From a virus: a stretch of 18,172 nt of DNA. Position numbers and translations under genes: made by a program. This document shows, in pieces, positions 5,559 through 14,072 of the stretch. The stretch lies in the IMG/VR virus record IMGVR_UViG_3300045988_006903, positions 1 to 18,172 of that record; one strand, given 5' to 3'. Below the pieces are notes generated by a model. The model searched no databases. It saw only the letters and a list, made by a program, of their open reading frames with translations, and was not told the DNA's origin. Position 1 is the first letter of the stretch; the number at the start of each line of letters is the position of its first letter.

Positions 5559-7289
5559 ATGGCAACCACCCCAGCGGTGACGCCGAAGCAGCAGCTTCGA
5601 CCGCTCGCCGAATTTAACAACGCTCAGATTCTGAACATGATTCGCAACGAGGCGTCGCCGGAATACCAGCGGCGAATGCCTTCGGCTACTCAGATGAACA
5701 TGGACCGCCAGATGGCTACGCTTATGTCGTCTACCCAGTTGAAGAACGAATTTTATTCGGCACTGGTGAACCGTATCGGCGGCACTTATGTGAACACGTG
5801 GCGTTGGAATAATCCTCTCAGCGTTTTCCAACGTGCATCGCAGGCGTATGGCGACACGTGGCAGGAAATCGCCGTAGGCATGCCGCTTGCGCAGGTCTAT
5901 GACCCTAATGCGGAATATCTCGGCGCGGATAATTTCCGCAAGTGGAAAATCGACGTGGATTCGCTCTATCATCGTCTGGACTTCGCTCACTGGTATCCTG
6001 CGACCACGGATGACAAGACGCTTCAGCGTGCCTTCACTTCCGAAAACGGCTTGGCCTCGCTTACCTCGCAGATTCTCACATCCTGCTACAATGCAGCCGA
6101 GGTTGACCTTTTCGAAGCTCTATGCCACCAGTTCGTCGAATATGCGAAGCTCGGCGGGTATTGGCGAGTCCATATGGACAATGACCTCAACAATATGGGT
6201 AGTTCGGAGACGGACGCCCGTGACATGCTGCGCCAGATTCGCGCGTGGGCTGACACGCTTAAATTCGTGTCCACCAAGTACAACGCCCGTCACATGCCGA
6301 CTTTCGCGCGTCCGGACGAGCTCGTGCTGTTCTGCTCTCCGGAAGTCAAGTCGGCGCTTGACGTGCAGGGCCTCGCCACGGTATTCCAGCGCACGGACGC
6401 CGAGCCGACCATCGACCGGATTATCGTCATTCCTCAAGACAGGTTCGGCATGGATGGCGTACAGGCCATCCTGACGACCGACAAATTCCTGATTGACATT
6501 CCGGTCATTAACGAAATGACTCAGCAGACCAATCCGGTCAACATCAATTCGGTCAACCATTATCTGCATGTCCAGCACATCATCTCAGTGTCCGGCTTCG
6601 CTCCGGCTGTCATGTTCTGGACGGGCGCCGGTTCCACCGCGAACGTGGTGGCCCCTACCGGCACGCAGGCTCAGGCGCCGACGTTCCAGCTCAAGCTCGC
6701 CATGTATGGTGGCGGTTCGGAAACCCCGAGCGATGTGGCGCGTGGTGGCGCGGTGCAGGTCACCGCCGATACGACCATCACTAACGAAGGTGCCGCTACG
6801 TTCCGTTCGGATGCGGTCGAGTATCGTATCGGTGATACTGCTAAGCCGAAGAGCGATTACACATATATCTCGCCTACCGGCGTGCTGGTGGTCGGTCTCG
6901 ACGAACCGAACACCACCATCCCGATTACCGCAACCGCCTTGTACACGAATCCGGCGACGCCGGAAGTGCCGGGCACCGTGTCCGCAGCTCTGGACGTGCC
7001 AGTGGTCGGTGATGGTGTTATCGGATTCAATCCGTCCATCATCGCGTCCATTGCCGTGACCGTTCCGAGCGTGACTGTTGACCATACGGCGCAGGCGACC
7101 GCAGTGGCGACCATGATTGACGGACGAACCGCCGACGTGACCGCACAGGCCGCATGGACGTCCGGCACTCCGGCGAACGCCACCGTATCCGAATCGGGCG
7201 TGGTGACTGGCGTCAAGGAAGGCAGCTCTGATATCACCGGCACGCTGTTCGGCGTGTCTGGAAAAAAGAGCGTGACCGTGACCGCGTGA
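5559..7289 (+). CDS. Major capsid protein with C-terminal Ig-like (Big_2-type) domains
   Basis: Largest ORF after the scaffold gene. AGGAAGG at 5542..5548 favours the ATG at 5559 over 5550. The last ~80 aa (..VTVPSVTVDHTAQATAVATMIDGRTADVTAQAAWTSGTPANATVSESGVVTGVKEGSSDITGTLFGVSGKKSVTVTA) form a textbook Big_2 pattern, as in phi29 gp8. A second beta-rich Ig-like module precedes it (about 6660..6990). Confidence 0.85.
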   Translation: MATTPAVTPKQQLRPLAEFNNAQILNMIRNEASPEYQRRMPSATQMNMDRQMATLMSSTQLKNEFYSALVNRIGGTYVNTWRWNNPLSVFQRASQAYGDTWQEIAVGMPLAQVYDPNAEYLGADNFRKWKIDVDSLYHRLDFAHWYPATTDDKTLQRAFTSENGLASLTSQILTSCYNAAEVDLFEALCHQFVEYAKLGGYWRVHMDNDLNNMGSSETDARDMLRQIRAWADTLKFVSTKYNARHMPTFARPDELVLFCSPEVKSALDVQGLATVFQRTDAEPTIDRIIVIPQDRFGMDGVQAILTTDKFLIDIPVINEMTQQTNPVNINSVNHYLHVQHIISVSGFAPAVMFWTGAGSTANVVAPTGTQAQAPTFQLKLAMYGGGSETPSDVARGGAVQVTADTTITNEGAATFRSDAVEYRIGDTAKPKSDYTYISPTGVLVVGLDEPNTTIPITATALYTNPATPEVPGTVSAALDVPVVGDGVIGFNPSIIASIAVTVPSVTVDHTAQATAVATMIDGRTADVTAQAAWTSGTPANATVSESGVVTGVKEGSSDITGTLFGVSGKKSVTVTA

Positions 7290-7295
7290 TATAAT
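7287..7295 (+). promoter_or_regulatory. Extended -10 element (TGATATAAT) fused to the capsid stop codon
   Basis: Exact TGnTATAAT whose TGA is the capsid stop. GTGATATAATGG is identical to the element at 9722..9733. It is followed by two hairpins. Confidence 0.35.
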
Positions 7296-7345
7296 GGGAG
7301 GGTAGCCGATTGGCTACTCTCTCTCACGGTGTGATGCAGGACAAG

Positions 7346-7381
7346 GCCCGGAGCGTAATCCACGTGATTGCTCCGGGCTTT
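7346..7381 (+). terminator. Rho-independent terminator candidate after the capsid gene
   Basis: Perfect 9-bp GC-rich stem, GCCCGGAGC (7346..7354) with GCTCCGGGC (7370..7378). The loop is 15 nt and TTT follows. A second hairpin lies upstream at 7298..7321 (10 bp including one G:U). Confidence 0.55.
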
Positions 7382-7397
7382 GCCATACCGGAGGATA

Positions 7398-9725
7398 ATG
7401 ATGATTGACGACGCTAACCCTTACGTGGAATCTAATTTTTCTTGGGCGGAATGGACGCCAAACACGACGCTGAAACTCTGCCGCGTGCCGTGGGATGCTT
7501 CATATCGTGATATCGTACGGTTTGTTTCACGGGAAACGCAGCGAGAATGGTTTAATAAATTGGACGGCGTGGAATGCCGTCCGGCCACCATGCATATTTT
7601 CAATGCGCCCGCCCGTGTCGAACTGCCGTTTAACGAAGCATCAAACTGGAATTATCTCGTAGCCTATAACGACTACCCCGGTTTGGAGGGTCCACGCGCA
7701 TGGTATTATTTCATCCAGCGCGTCGAATACGTCAACGCCCATTGCACGCAATTGGTTTTAATGCTGGACGTCTGGCAGAGTTTCCAGCATGACGTCACAT
7801 TCGGCAGCTGCTATGTGACGCGCGGACATATCGGCGTAGCCAATGAACACCAGTGGGACGATTACGGGCGCACGTATCTCGCTTTGCCGGAGGGGTTGGA
7901 TACCGGCAGTGAGATGGTCACAACGGCACAGGAATACCAGAGCATTATCGAAGGTCAGCATTACGATATAGACGGCGGCGTTGATTGGGTCGATTACGGT
8001 TTGATTGTGGTCAGCACCACTAATCTCACCGACGACCCCGGCAACACTTCTGCCCCAAAATTGACTACCGCAACCGGGGCCATCTTCGAGCAGGAAACGG
8101 ACGGTTGTTCCGTTTATTACTGCGAGAATCGAATGGCGTATGTCGCCAACATCATGGCCCTTGGCGCACTGTTTCCTTGGGTGACGCAAGGTATTTGTGC
8201 CGTGTACATGGTGCCGAAAATTCCACAGGACTACGTGAGCCGATATGGGAATAGGGTTACGGAGATTTATGGACAGTCGGTGTCCGAGGAATATGGCAAC
8301 ATCTATTCTTTCAATTCGTCTCTCGATTCGGATTTACGCTACGAAGACGTCATGGCTATCGCGAACTTTCGCAATAAATTCAACATCCCCGCCCGATACC
8401 GGAATCTGCGCAAGCTCTGCTGCTATCCATTCTGCGTTATCGAATGTAGCTGTCTGAACGGCACGGTCATTACCTACCGACCTGAAGATATTCAATCCGA
8501 CACGCTCACCATTCGGGAAACCTACACTTACGCCCCGTCCGGCGCAAGAATCAATTTCTACATTCCCGGATACAATGAGGCCGGAGCGAGTACTATAGTT
8601 CCGCTGCGTATTAACGGCAAGGATATGGGCCTTCCGATAGACGGCGGCGAAATGCTCAACGCCAGTTTCGGCATCACCAATCTGCCCCACTTTTCCGTGG
8701 TCAACAACGGGGGGGCGTTGGCTATGGTAAACAGTGCGTACACCCGAGCCTACGCACAGGAATCAGCCCAATGGACTAGGCAGAAGGCTTTGACTTCGGC
8801 TAACGTAGCCAACTCCAATGCCGCATTGCAGCGTGAATACGCCACGCGGCAAACCAATTGGGCAAACGAGAATCGGACGGCAACCAATGCCATCACGGCA
8901 AACTCGCTCAACCAGTCTCTCGCCATCGGACAAAATCAAACCAGTCAGATGGCTAATCTCCAAGTGGAGCAAAATATCAAGAGCAACAATCTCAATGGTA
9001 TGGCCAGTATCATCGGCGGGGGACTGAACGCCGTCGCATCCTGCAACCCGCTAGGCGTGGTGAACGCAGTTGGCGGGGCATTCCTCGGCTCAGCGCAGAC
9101 GGATATCGCCAATTACGGCATCAATTCGTCTGCTGCTGTCTCCAACTCCACGGCGGCGGCGAATACGGCGAATCAGATTGCCACCAATGCAGCGGCCACG
9201 TCGCAGGCCAACGCCTACACGAGCGGAGCGACCGCACTGGGCAACCAGCTGAACGCCATCGTATCGCAAGCGAATTACGGACTGGCCTCGTATGCGGCTC
9301 AAGGTGACTATCAGAACGCCATCGCCGGAATCAACGCTCAGGTGCAGCAGATGCAACTGACTCCGCCGACCACTTCGGGAGCGCTCGGCGGTGATATGTT
9401 CAACCTGAGCAACGGAATTATGGGCGTGTTGGTGCGGTTCAAAACGTGCGCGCCAAGCGCGCTGAGGGCGGCAGGTGAATACATGCTACGCTATGGATAT
9501 TTTGTCCAACGATTCGTCACCCCTCCCGCCTCGCTGGAATGCATGGAGAAATTCACGTTCTGGCAGATGCAGGAAGCGTATGTGCGGGGCACGTTGCCGG
9601 AGGAATACCGCTTGACCATCAAGGGTATGTTTGAACGTGGCGTGACGGTCTGGAACAAGCCTGAGTATATCGGTGTGACCGACTGGGCGGACAACGAGCC
9701 ACTGCCGGGCATTGGCTACGAGTGA
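7398..9725 (+). CDS. Tail knob / distal tail tube protein (phi29 gp9-like)
   Basis: The ORF track starts at TTG 7368, inside the terminator. ATG 7398 or 7401 follows GGAGG at 7390..7394. The N-terminal ~150 aa follow the phi29 gp9 pattern: ..VPWDASYRDIVRF.S...Q..WF...., ..NYLVAYNDYPG....WYYFI.RVEYVN...T.L.L.LDVWQSF..DV.F....V.RGH. The position between capsid and connector matches phi29. Confidence 0.8.
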   Translation: MMIDDANPYVESNFSWAEWTPNTTLKLCRVPWDASYRDIVRFVSRETQREWFNKLDGVECRPATMHIFNAPARVELPFNEASNWNYLVAYNDYPGLEGPRAWYYFIQRVEYVNAHCTQLVLMLDVWQSFQHDVTFGSCYVTRGHIGVANEHQWDDYGRTYLALPEGLDTGSEMVTTAQEYQSIIEGQHYDIDGGVDWVDYGLIVVSTTNLTDDPGNTSAPKLTTATGAIFEQETDGCSVYYCENRMAYVANIMALGALFPWVTQGICAVYMVPKIPQDYVSRYGNRVTEIYGQSVSEEYGNIYSFNSSLDSDLRYEDVMAIANFRNKFNIPARYRNLRKLCCYPFCVIECSCLNGTVITYRPEDIQSDTLTIRETYTYAPSGARINFYIPGYNEAGASTIVPLRINGKDMGLPIDGGEMLNASFGITNLPHFSVVNNGGALAMVNSAYTRAYAQESAQWTRQKALTSANVANSNAALQREYATRQTNWANENRTATNAITANSLNQSLAIGQNQTSQMANLQVEQNIKSNNLNGMASIIGGGLNAVASCNPLGVVNAVGGAFLGSAQTDIANYGINSSAAVSNSTAAANTANQIATNAAATSQANAYTSGATALGNQLNAIVSQANYGLASYAAQGDYQNAIAGINAQVQQMQLTPPTTSGALGGDMFNLSNGIMGVLVRFKTCAPSALRAAGEYMLRYGYFVQRFVTPPASLECMEKFTFWQMQEAYVRGTLPEEYRLTIKGMFERGVTVWNKPEYIGVTDWADNEPLPGIGYE

Positions 9726-9731
9726 TATAAT
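9723..9731 (+). promoter_or_regulatory. Extended -10 promoter (TGATATAAT) giving a leaderless portal mRNA
   Basis: The TGA is the tail-knob stop codon. Exactly 6 nt separate the hexamer from the A of ATG 9738, and that gene has no SD. Confidence 0.55.
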
Positions 9732-9737
9732 GGCAAT

Positions 9738-10688
9738 ATGAGTAGGTCTAAAAAGAATCGAGTTGGCGGTGCGTTGCACCCGCGCGGCAATTACGCGAAA
9801 GCACGCGCCGTCACGCTTGATGACATGTATCTTCATTTGCTGATGGAACTCGCGTTGAACCGCTTCAGTTGGCGCGGATTGCCGCCAACCGTGGATGAGC
9901 GTTGGCTGGAAATATGTCTGTGCGAGTACGGGTGCGCGTTGTTTTTCGAGGACAAGCGTATCGGCAGGTTCCTTGTGACTCAGGCGGGTTATCAAGGAAG
10001 GTTGAATGTGTATAATAATCCGACATGCTTCGAGCCGGTAGGCGTCAACTACCATTACCGGCAGCTCAAGGCCGGTTCGGAATGCATTCCTATTTGGGAT
10101 AATCGAATGCGCGTCGGATTCAAGCCGACATTATGGCAGTACGCACGACGCCTTGCCGATATCGACAAGGCGTATGATGTGAATCTGGAGAGTCTGAAAC
10201 TGCCTACCATCATCACAGCCGACCCCCGCACCAAACTTACCGTGCAGAACATGCTTCAGCAACGGCAGGACGGACAGGACTATATCATCGGATACGATTC
10301 GCTTGACCCCGGCTCGACGTTCCAACCATGGCCGAACACTACACCTTACTTGTTGGATAAGTTCATCCAGCAAAAAGCGCAGGTGACTAACGAGGTACTG
10401 GGATATCTCGGCATTCAATCGTCCGGCACGGAAAAAAAGGAACGGCTGATATCGGACGAAGTGGCGCAGGCTAACGAGAAAGTAGACGTTTTTCGACTGA
10501 GTTTTCTTAAGGCGCGGCAGACTGCGGCGACTGAGATTAACCGATTGTGGCCGCAGCTTAACGTCTGGGTGGAGTATGCGGACGCGCAAAGCTCCGGCGT
10601 GCCGAACGCTCTTGACTCTAGTGCAAGCGGCACGACGGATATTGACATGCCTGCATCATACGACGCGGGTATCGGAGGTGTATTGTGA
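9738..10688 (+). CDS. Connector / portal (upper collar) protein, phi29 gp10-like
   Basis: 316 aa against 309 aa for gp10. It has a basic N-terminus (MSRSKKNR versus MARKRSN). FSWRGLPPTV matches FEWENLPPTI, and EKKERLISDEV matches EKKERMVTDEV. Confidence 0.9.
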   Translation: MSRSKKNRVGGALHPRGNYAKARAVTLDDMYLHLLMELALNRFSWRGLPPTVDERWLEICLCEYGCALFFEDKRIGRFLVTQAGYQGRLNVYNNPTCFEPVGVNYHYRQLKAGSECIPIWDNRMRVGFKPTLWQYARRLADIDKAYDVNLESLKLPTIITADPRTKLTVQNMLQQRQDGQDYIIGYDSLDPGSTFQPWPNTTPYLLDKFIQQKAQVTNEVLGYLGIQSSGTEKKERLISDEVAQANEKVDVFRLSFLKARQTAATEINRLWPQLNVWVEYADAQSSGVPNALDSSASGTTDIDMPASYDAGIGGVL

Positions 10689-11476
10689 TACAGGATTTTA
10701 GCGCCTATGCGATGGCGACCCCCGGCGAGTACACCGAAACCCTTGGCAATCTTATCGCATTCGGATATGACACCGACGACAAGCTGCACCTTAGCGCCGA
10801 CTATTACCCGATTTACAACGAATCTCACCGCGCGGAGTTGAATGAAAAAATCGTTCGCCATTACGCGCTCAGGGAAATAGGTCAGGAAACCGCCCAGCAG
10901 TTCATTTTTTACTTGGGTATGACCATGGCGGAAATCATGCCATATTTCAATGAACGTTACCGGACATTGGACTTGGAATATAATCCGTTGGATTCTATGG
11001 ATATGACGACGGATAGCGAGAGCGGCAGCGAATCCCAGTCGTCCGGCAAAGCGTCAAGTACGCAGGATTCAACCAGCTCCAGCACATCCAAGTCGGATAA
11101 TTCCAGCACTACCACGTCGAAGAGTTTTGATAGTGACGTGCCTCAAACCGGAGTTGTGGGCGACTTCGCACGCTACGCCTCCCACGCAAACGAATCGCAG
11201 GCGGACAGCTCCGGCACCGCGTCCAGTTCGCAGGATTCAGCCAGCCACACCACCGCGCAAAGCGCAACCGACTATCAGCATGATTCAAGCAATTCCAAAG
11301 GCAAGAGCCACGTGAGCGGGCGTAGTCAGAGCGCCATGAGTCTGATTCAGGAATACCGGCAGGCGATTATCAACGTGGATATGGAAATCGTTCGCAGCCT
11401 CGAACCGTGCTTTATGCAGGTATGGGGCACTTATGATACAATTTTCAGCAACCACCATAATTATTATGGAGAATGA
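10685..11476 (+). CDS. Lower collar protein candidate
   Basis: GTG start after GGAGGTG, overlapping the portal stop. Its position right after the connector matches phi29 gene 11. It contains a Ser/Thr-rich internally duplicated segment. The call rests mainly on synteny. Confidence 0.55.
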   Translation: MIQDFSAYAMATPGEYTETLGNLIAFGYDTDDKLHLSADYYPIYNESHRAELNEKIVRHYALREIGQETAQQFIFYLGMTMAEIMPYFNERYRTLDLEYNPLDSMDMTTDSESGSESQSSGKASSTQDSTSSSTSKSDNSSTTTSKSFDSDVPQTGVVGDFARYASHANESQADSSGTASSSQDSASHTTAQSATDYQHDSSNSKGKSHVSGRSQSAMSLIQEYRQAIINVDMEIVRSLEPCFMQVWGTYDTIFSNHHNYYGE

Positions 11477-12120
11477 AGGTAATCATGGTTACTATTAACG
11501 CTTTGATTCCACGGCAACGCTTGTTTGACGGGGTGCCCACGTCCGTACCGTTCACCTACCGGGACGGTTTGACGACATTGCAGTTGATTGAATGCCTGAA
11601 GCATAATCTAGACACGCTTCAGTGCGATCTTGGCAGGTTGGAGAGAGCCACCACCGACCTCGCGACATCTGTAGACAAGGCTCTAGCGAATACCGTTGCA
11701 CAGCTCAATCAGGACATGACCGCGTTACGCGCGGAATTGCTCTCACTGATTCATGAGATGGAGCAGCAAGGCTCGGCAGTGTCCCCAGTCTACGGCATTA
11801 CGCAACCGCTCGGGCAAGTGTTAGGCGGCATGTACGATAATTCGCGTAATCATGGACTGTTCTGGGGTGATTATGATAACATGGAGTTGACCGCGCAGGA
11901 ATACGACGGGCTTACCCTCAACGCCCGCGAATACGACTTGAAGGCGACCGCCGTCGATAATTGCGTCCCCGGCGATTTTCCCGGACGCGCACAATTCCCC
12001 TACGGTAGGAGTATGCCCGAGAATCCACCCGCCGACATGTCGTTTATCACGCAATCGGAAGCGGACGCACGCTATGTCGAACGCAACCCATCCGCAGATA
12101 ATTTCGACAAGAAAGGATAA
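11473..12120 (+). CDS. Tail / appendage-associated structural protein (coiled coil)
   Basis: Its start overlaps the previous stop (ATGA), with an alternative ATG at 11485. A heptad-like helical region (LDTLQCDLGRLERATTDLATSVDKALANTVAQLNQDMTALRAELLSLIHEME) is present. It lies between the collar and fibre genes. Function is inferred from context. Confidence 0.45.
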   Translation: MKVIMVTINALIPRQRLFDGVPTSVPFTYRDGLTTLQLIECLKHNLDTLQCDLGRLERATTDLATSVDKALANTVAQLNQDMTALRAELLSLIHEMEQQGSAVSPVYGITQPLGQVLGGMYDNSRNHGLFWGDYDNMELTAQEYDGLTLNAREYDLKATAVDNCVPGDFPGRAQFPYGRSMPENPPADMSFITQSEADARYVERNPSADNFDKKG

Positions 12121-12125
12121 CTACC

Positions 12126-12545
12126 ATGACCGCAACCAACAAGACAGCGAATTACGAACTCAGCCAGTTCGTCGGCTCCGACCGCCCCACATGGCTCGGG
12201 GATTATAACAGCGATATGGCGAAAATCGACGCGCAGATGAAGCGGAACGCGGACGACATCGCGTCGGCAACAGCAGGCGGTCTCACCTCGGTACACCATA
12301 CCACCGACCTCACAGGTAACGGTACGTCCGGCTCCCCGCTGGGCGTGGCAAGCACTATCGCCAAGAAAACCGACATCCCGGACGTGAGCGGATTCGCCAC
12401 CACCTCCGCCCTCACCTCGGGGCTTGCAGGCAAGGTCGATAAAACCGCCTCGCAGCCCGGAACGCTCGGATTGACGGCGACCGAACTCGATTCGATGTAC
12501 AAGGACGCGGACGGCATCGTCCGTATTGGCAGAGCCAACGCCTAG
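12126..12545 (+). CDS. Short tail fibre / appendage protein
   Basis: SD AAAGGA. The N-terminal module NYELSQFVGSDRPTWLGDYNSDMAKIDAQM is paralogous to the N-terminus of the next gene. A fibre-like Gly/Ser/Thr-rich segment (TDLTGNGTSGSPLGVAS) follows. Confidence 0.6.
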   Translation: MTATNKTANYELSQFVGSDRPTWLGDYNSDMAKIDAQMKRNADDIASATAGGLTSVHHTTDLTGNGTSGSPLGVASTIAKKTDIPDVSGFATTSALTSGLAGKVDKTASQPGTLGLTATELDSMYKDADGIVRIGRANA

Positions 12546-12561
12546 AAAAAGGAGAATAAGA

Positions 12562-14001
12562 ATGTCTACCACACAGCATACCGGCCATTACAATCTGCCG
12601 ACGTTTGGCGACAATCCAAACGACCGCCCGTCGTGGCGCGGTGACTTCACCGACGCGATGACGAAAATCGACAATCAGATGTACGCCAACGCCACCAATA
12701 TCACCACGGCGACGGCTGCGGCGAACAACGCGAAAACGGCGGCGGACGCGGCCAAGGAATCGGCTGACATTGCGTCGGAGCTTGCGCAGACCAACAAGAC
12801 CGATATTGCCGAGCTGAATGACTATTTCAGCAAGCTCGGCGTCACATCTTCCGCGTCCGCGCAGAATCTGAAGGACACCATTAATGGCAAGGCGGAGAAC
12901 ACCGCACTTCAGGCGCTTCAGGGAACCGTGTCGGGCTTGTCTGACAGCCTTGAAAGCAAGGCAAATACCAGTGAAGTCTACTCTAAGGCTCAGACGGACA
13001 CGACGTTTACCAAGCAGGGCGGATACTCGGGGACGGCGCAGCAGATTGTAAGTCTTGTCAACGGCAAGGCCGATTTATCCGACGTCTACACTCGCCAGCA
13101 GGCGGACGACAAATTTGCGCCTAACCCCGATAATCAAAACATTTTGGTAGCTATTGGCGATAGCTATTTCGAGGGATTCAGGACGACGACACCAACAACT
13201 GATTCGATGATAGTCGTCGCCAGTCAAATGCTTGGACTGACTTGTCATAATTTTGCAGTCGGAGCAGCTGGGTTCATCGCTGGGGGAGCATCTACATTCT
13301 CCAAACAGCTTGATACGGCAAACACTCAAGTCGCGGATAAAACCAAGGTCAAGTACGTCGTGATTGGTGGCGGCAGGAATGACGATTGGAACACGCTAAC
13401 CGAATCCGACGTTAAAACCACACTGCAAAAAGCTGTCACCCTATTCCCGTACAGTAAGATTGTGTTTATTCCGATGATGTGGGATAACACTTGGCCATCT
13501 TGGCATCAAGGAATCGCATACGGCAAAATGGTAGCGGGCGGTCGTGGCGTTCCTCAAGTCAGTGTGATTCGCGACGCTCCGACGTGGGGGCTGTTTTGGG
13601 ATGGCGGTATGACCGACATTCACCCCAACACAGAAGGAAGTCGCGTCTATGCGCAATACATCGCCTCGGCTTGCGAAAACGGACACGCAAAACGCTCGGA
13701 AATCCTTAAAATGAACGTAAGTGGATTTACGGGGGACGCTGAGGTTATCATAGACGGACTTGATGTTTCGCTCAATGGCCGAGGCAATAAGACGCAATGG
13801 AATCAGCAAGAGTTCGCCACTATCCCCGGAGCCAGTGCGTTCGGCGCATGGGATGCGCTTATCGGTTGGATGGACTCAGGACATTTTCTAAAACTGAAGT
13901 TCACAGGTTCAGCCCTGAGCGTCATTGACGTGCTGGATGGAAACGGACAGGCCGGCAACATTTCATTCAGCAACACAATGTCGGTCTTTGCTCACAACTA
14001 G
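12562..14001 (+). CDS. Tail fibre / appendage with a C-terminal SGNH (GDSL-type) esterase domain
   Basis: The ATG at 12562 follows AAGGAGA (ORF track 12526). It carries the shared N-terminal anchor module and repeated K(A)xxSxVYxxxQxDxxF shaft motifs. SGNH blocks: I VAIGDSY (13156..), III VIGGGRNDD (13366..), V DIHPN (13615..). Confidence 0.8.
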   Translation: MSTTQHTGHYNLPTFGDNPNDRPSWRGDFTDAMTKIDNQMYANATNITTATAAANNAKTAADAAKESADIASELAQTNKTDIAELNDYFSKLGVTSSASAQNLKDTINGKAENTALQALQGTVSGLSDSLESKANTSEVYSKAQTDTTFTKQGGYSGTAQQIVSLVNGKADLSDVYTRQQADDKFAPNPDNQNILVAIGDSYFEGFRTTTPTTDSMIVVASQMLGLTCHNFAVGAAGFIAGGASTFSKQLDTANTQVADKTKVKYVVIGGGRNDDWNTLTESDVKTTLQKAVTLFPYSKIVFIPMMWDNTWPSWHQGIAYGKMVAGGRGVPQVSVIRDAPTWGLFWDGGMTDIHPNTEGSRVYAQYIASACENGHAKRSEILKMNVSGFTGDAEVIIDGLDVSLNGRGNKTQWNQQEFATIPGASAFGAWDALIGWMDSGHFLKLKFTGSALSVIDVLDGNGQAGNISFSNTMSVFAHN

Positions 14002-14007
14002 CCCATA

Positions 14008-14067
14008 CCCCACGGTTCACGCCGTGGGGTAAACCATGCTCGGCGTGCTCTGCACGCCGGGCATGGT
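14008..14067 (+). terminator. Tandem GC-rich hairpins after the fibre gene (no U-tract)
   Basis: Hairpin 1 pairs CCCCACGG with CCGTGGGG (14008..14029). Hairpin 2 is a 16-bp stem with one U:G and a 3-nt loop (14033..14067). No T-run follows, so the role is uncertain: terminator, RNA stabiliser or translational control. Confidence 0.4.
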
Positions 14068-14072
14068 ACCAT

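Noticed and set aside
5388-5990. 200-aa ORF on the - strand overlapping the scaffold and capsid genes
   Set aside because: It is Arg/His-rich nonsense composition, typical of the antisense frame of GC-rich coding DNA. It has no SD and lies fully inside well-supported + strand genes.
6568-7363. Alternative-frame and antisense ORFs inside the capsid gene (6568..7059 +, 6585..7085 -, 6857..7363 -)
   Set aside because: These are Arg/Ser/Pro-rich low-complexity translations overlapping the Ig-like domain region of the capsid gene. They carry no start signals.
9486-10055. 189-aa ORF on the - strand spanning the tail-knob/portal junction
   Set aside because: It overlaps two genes with strong homology-like motifs on the + strand and would run through the portal promoter. 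It has no motifs of its own.
12202-12210. TGTTATAAT on the - strand (ATTATAACA on the + strand) within the short fibre gene
   Set aside because: It would drive antisense transcription with no ORF or structure downstream. A single - strand hit is compatible with chance.
12072-12572. 166-aa and 111-aa antisense ORFs across the short fibre gene
   Set aside because: They are Gly/Arg-rich antisense artefacts. The + strand ORF has an SD and a conserved fibre N-terminal module.
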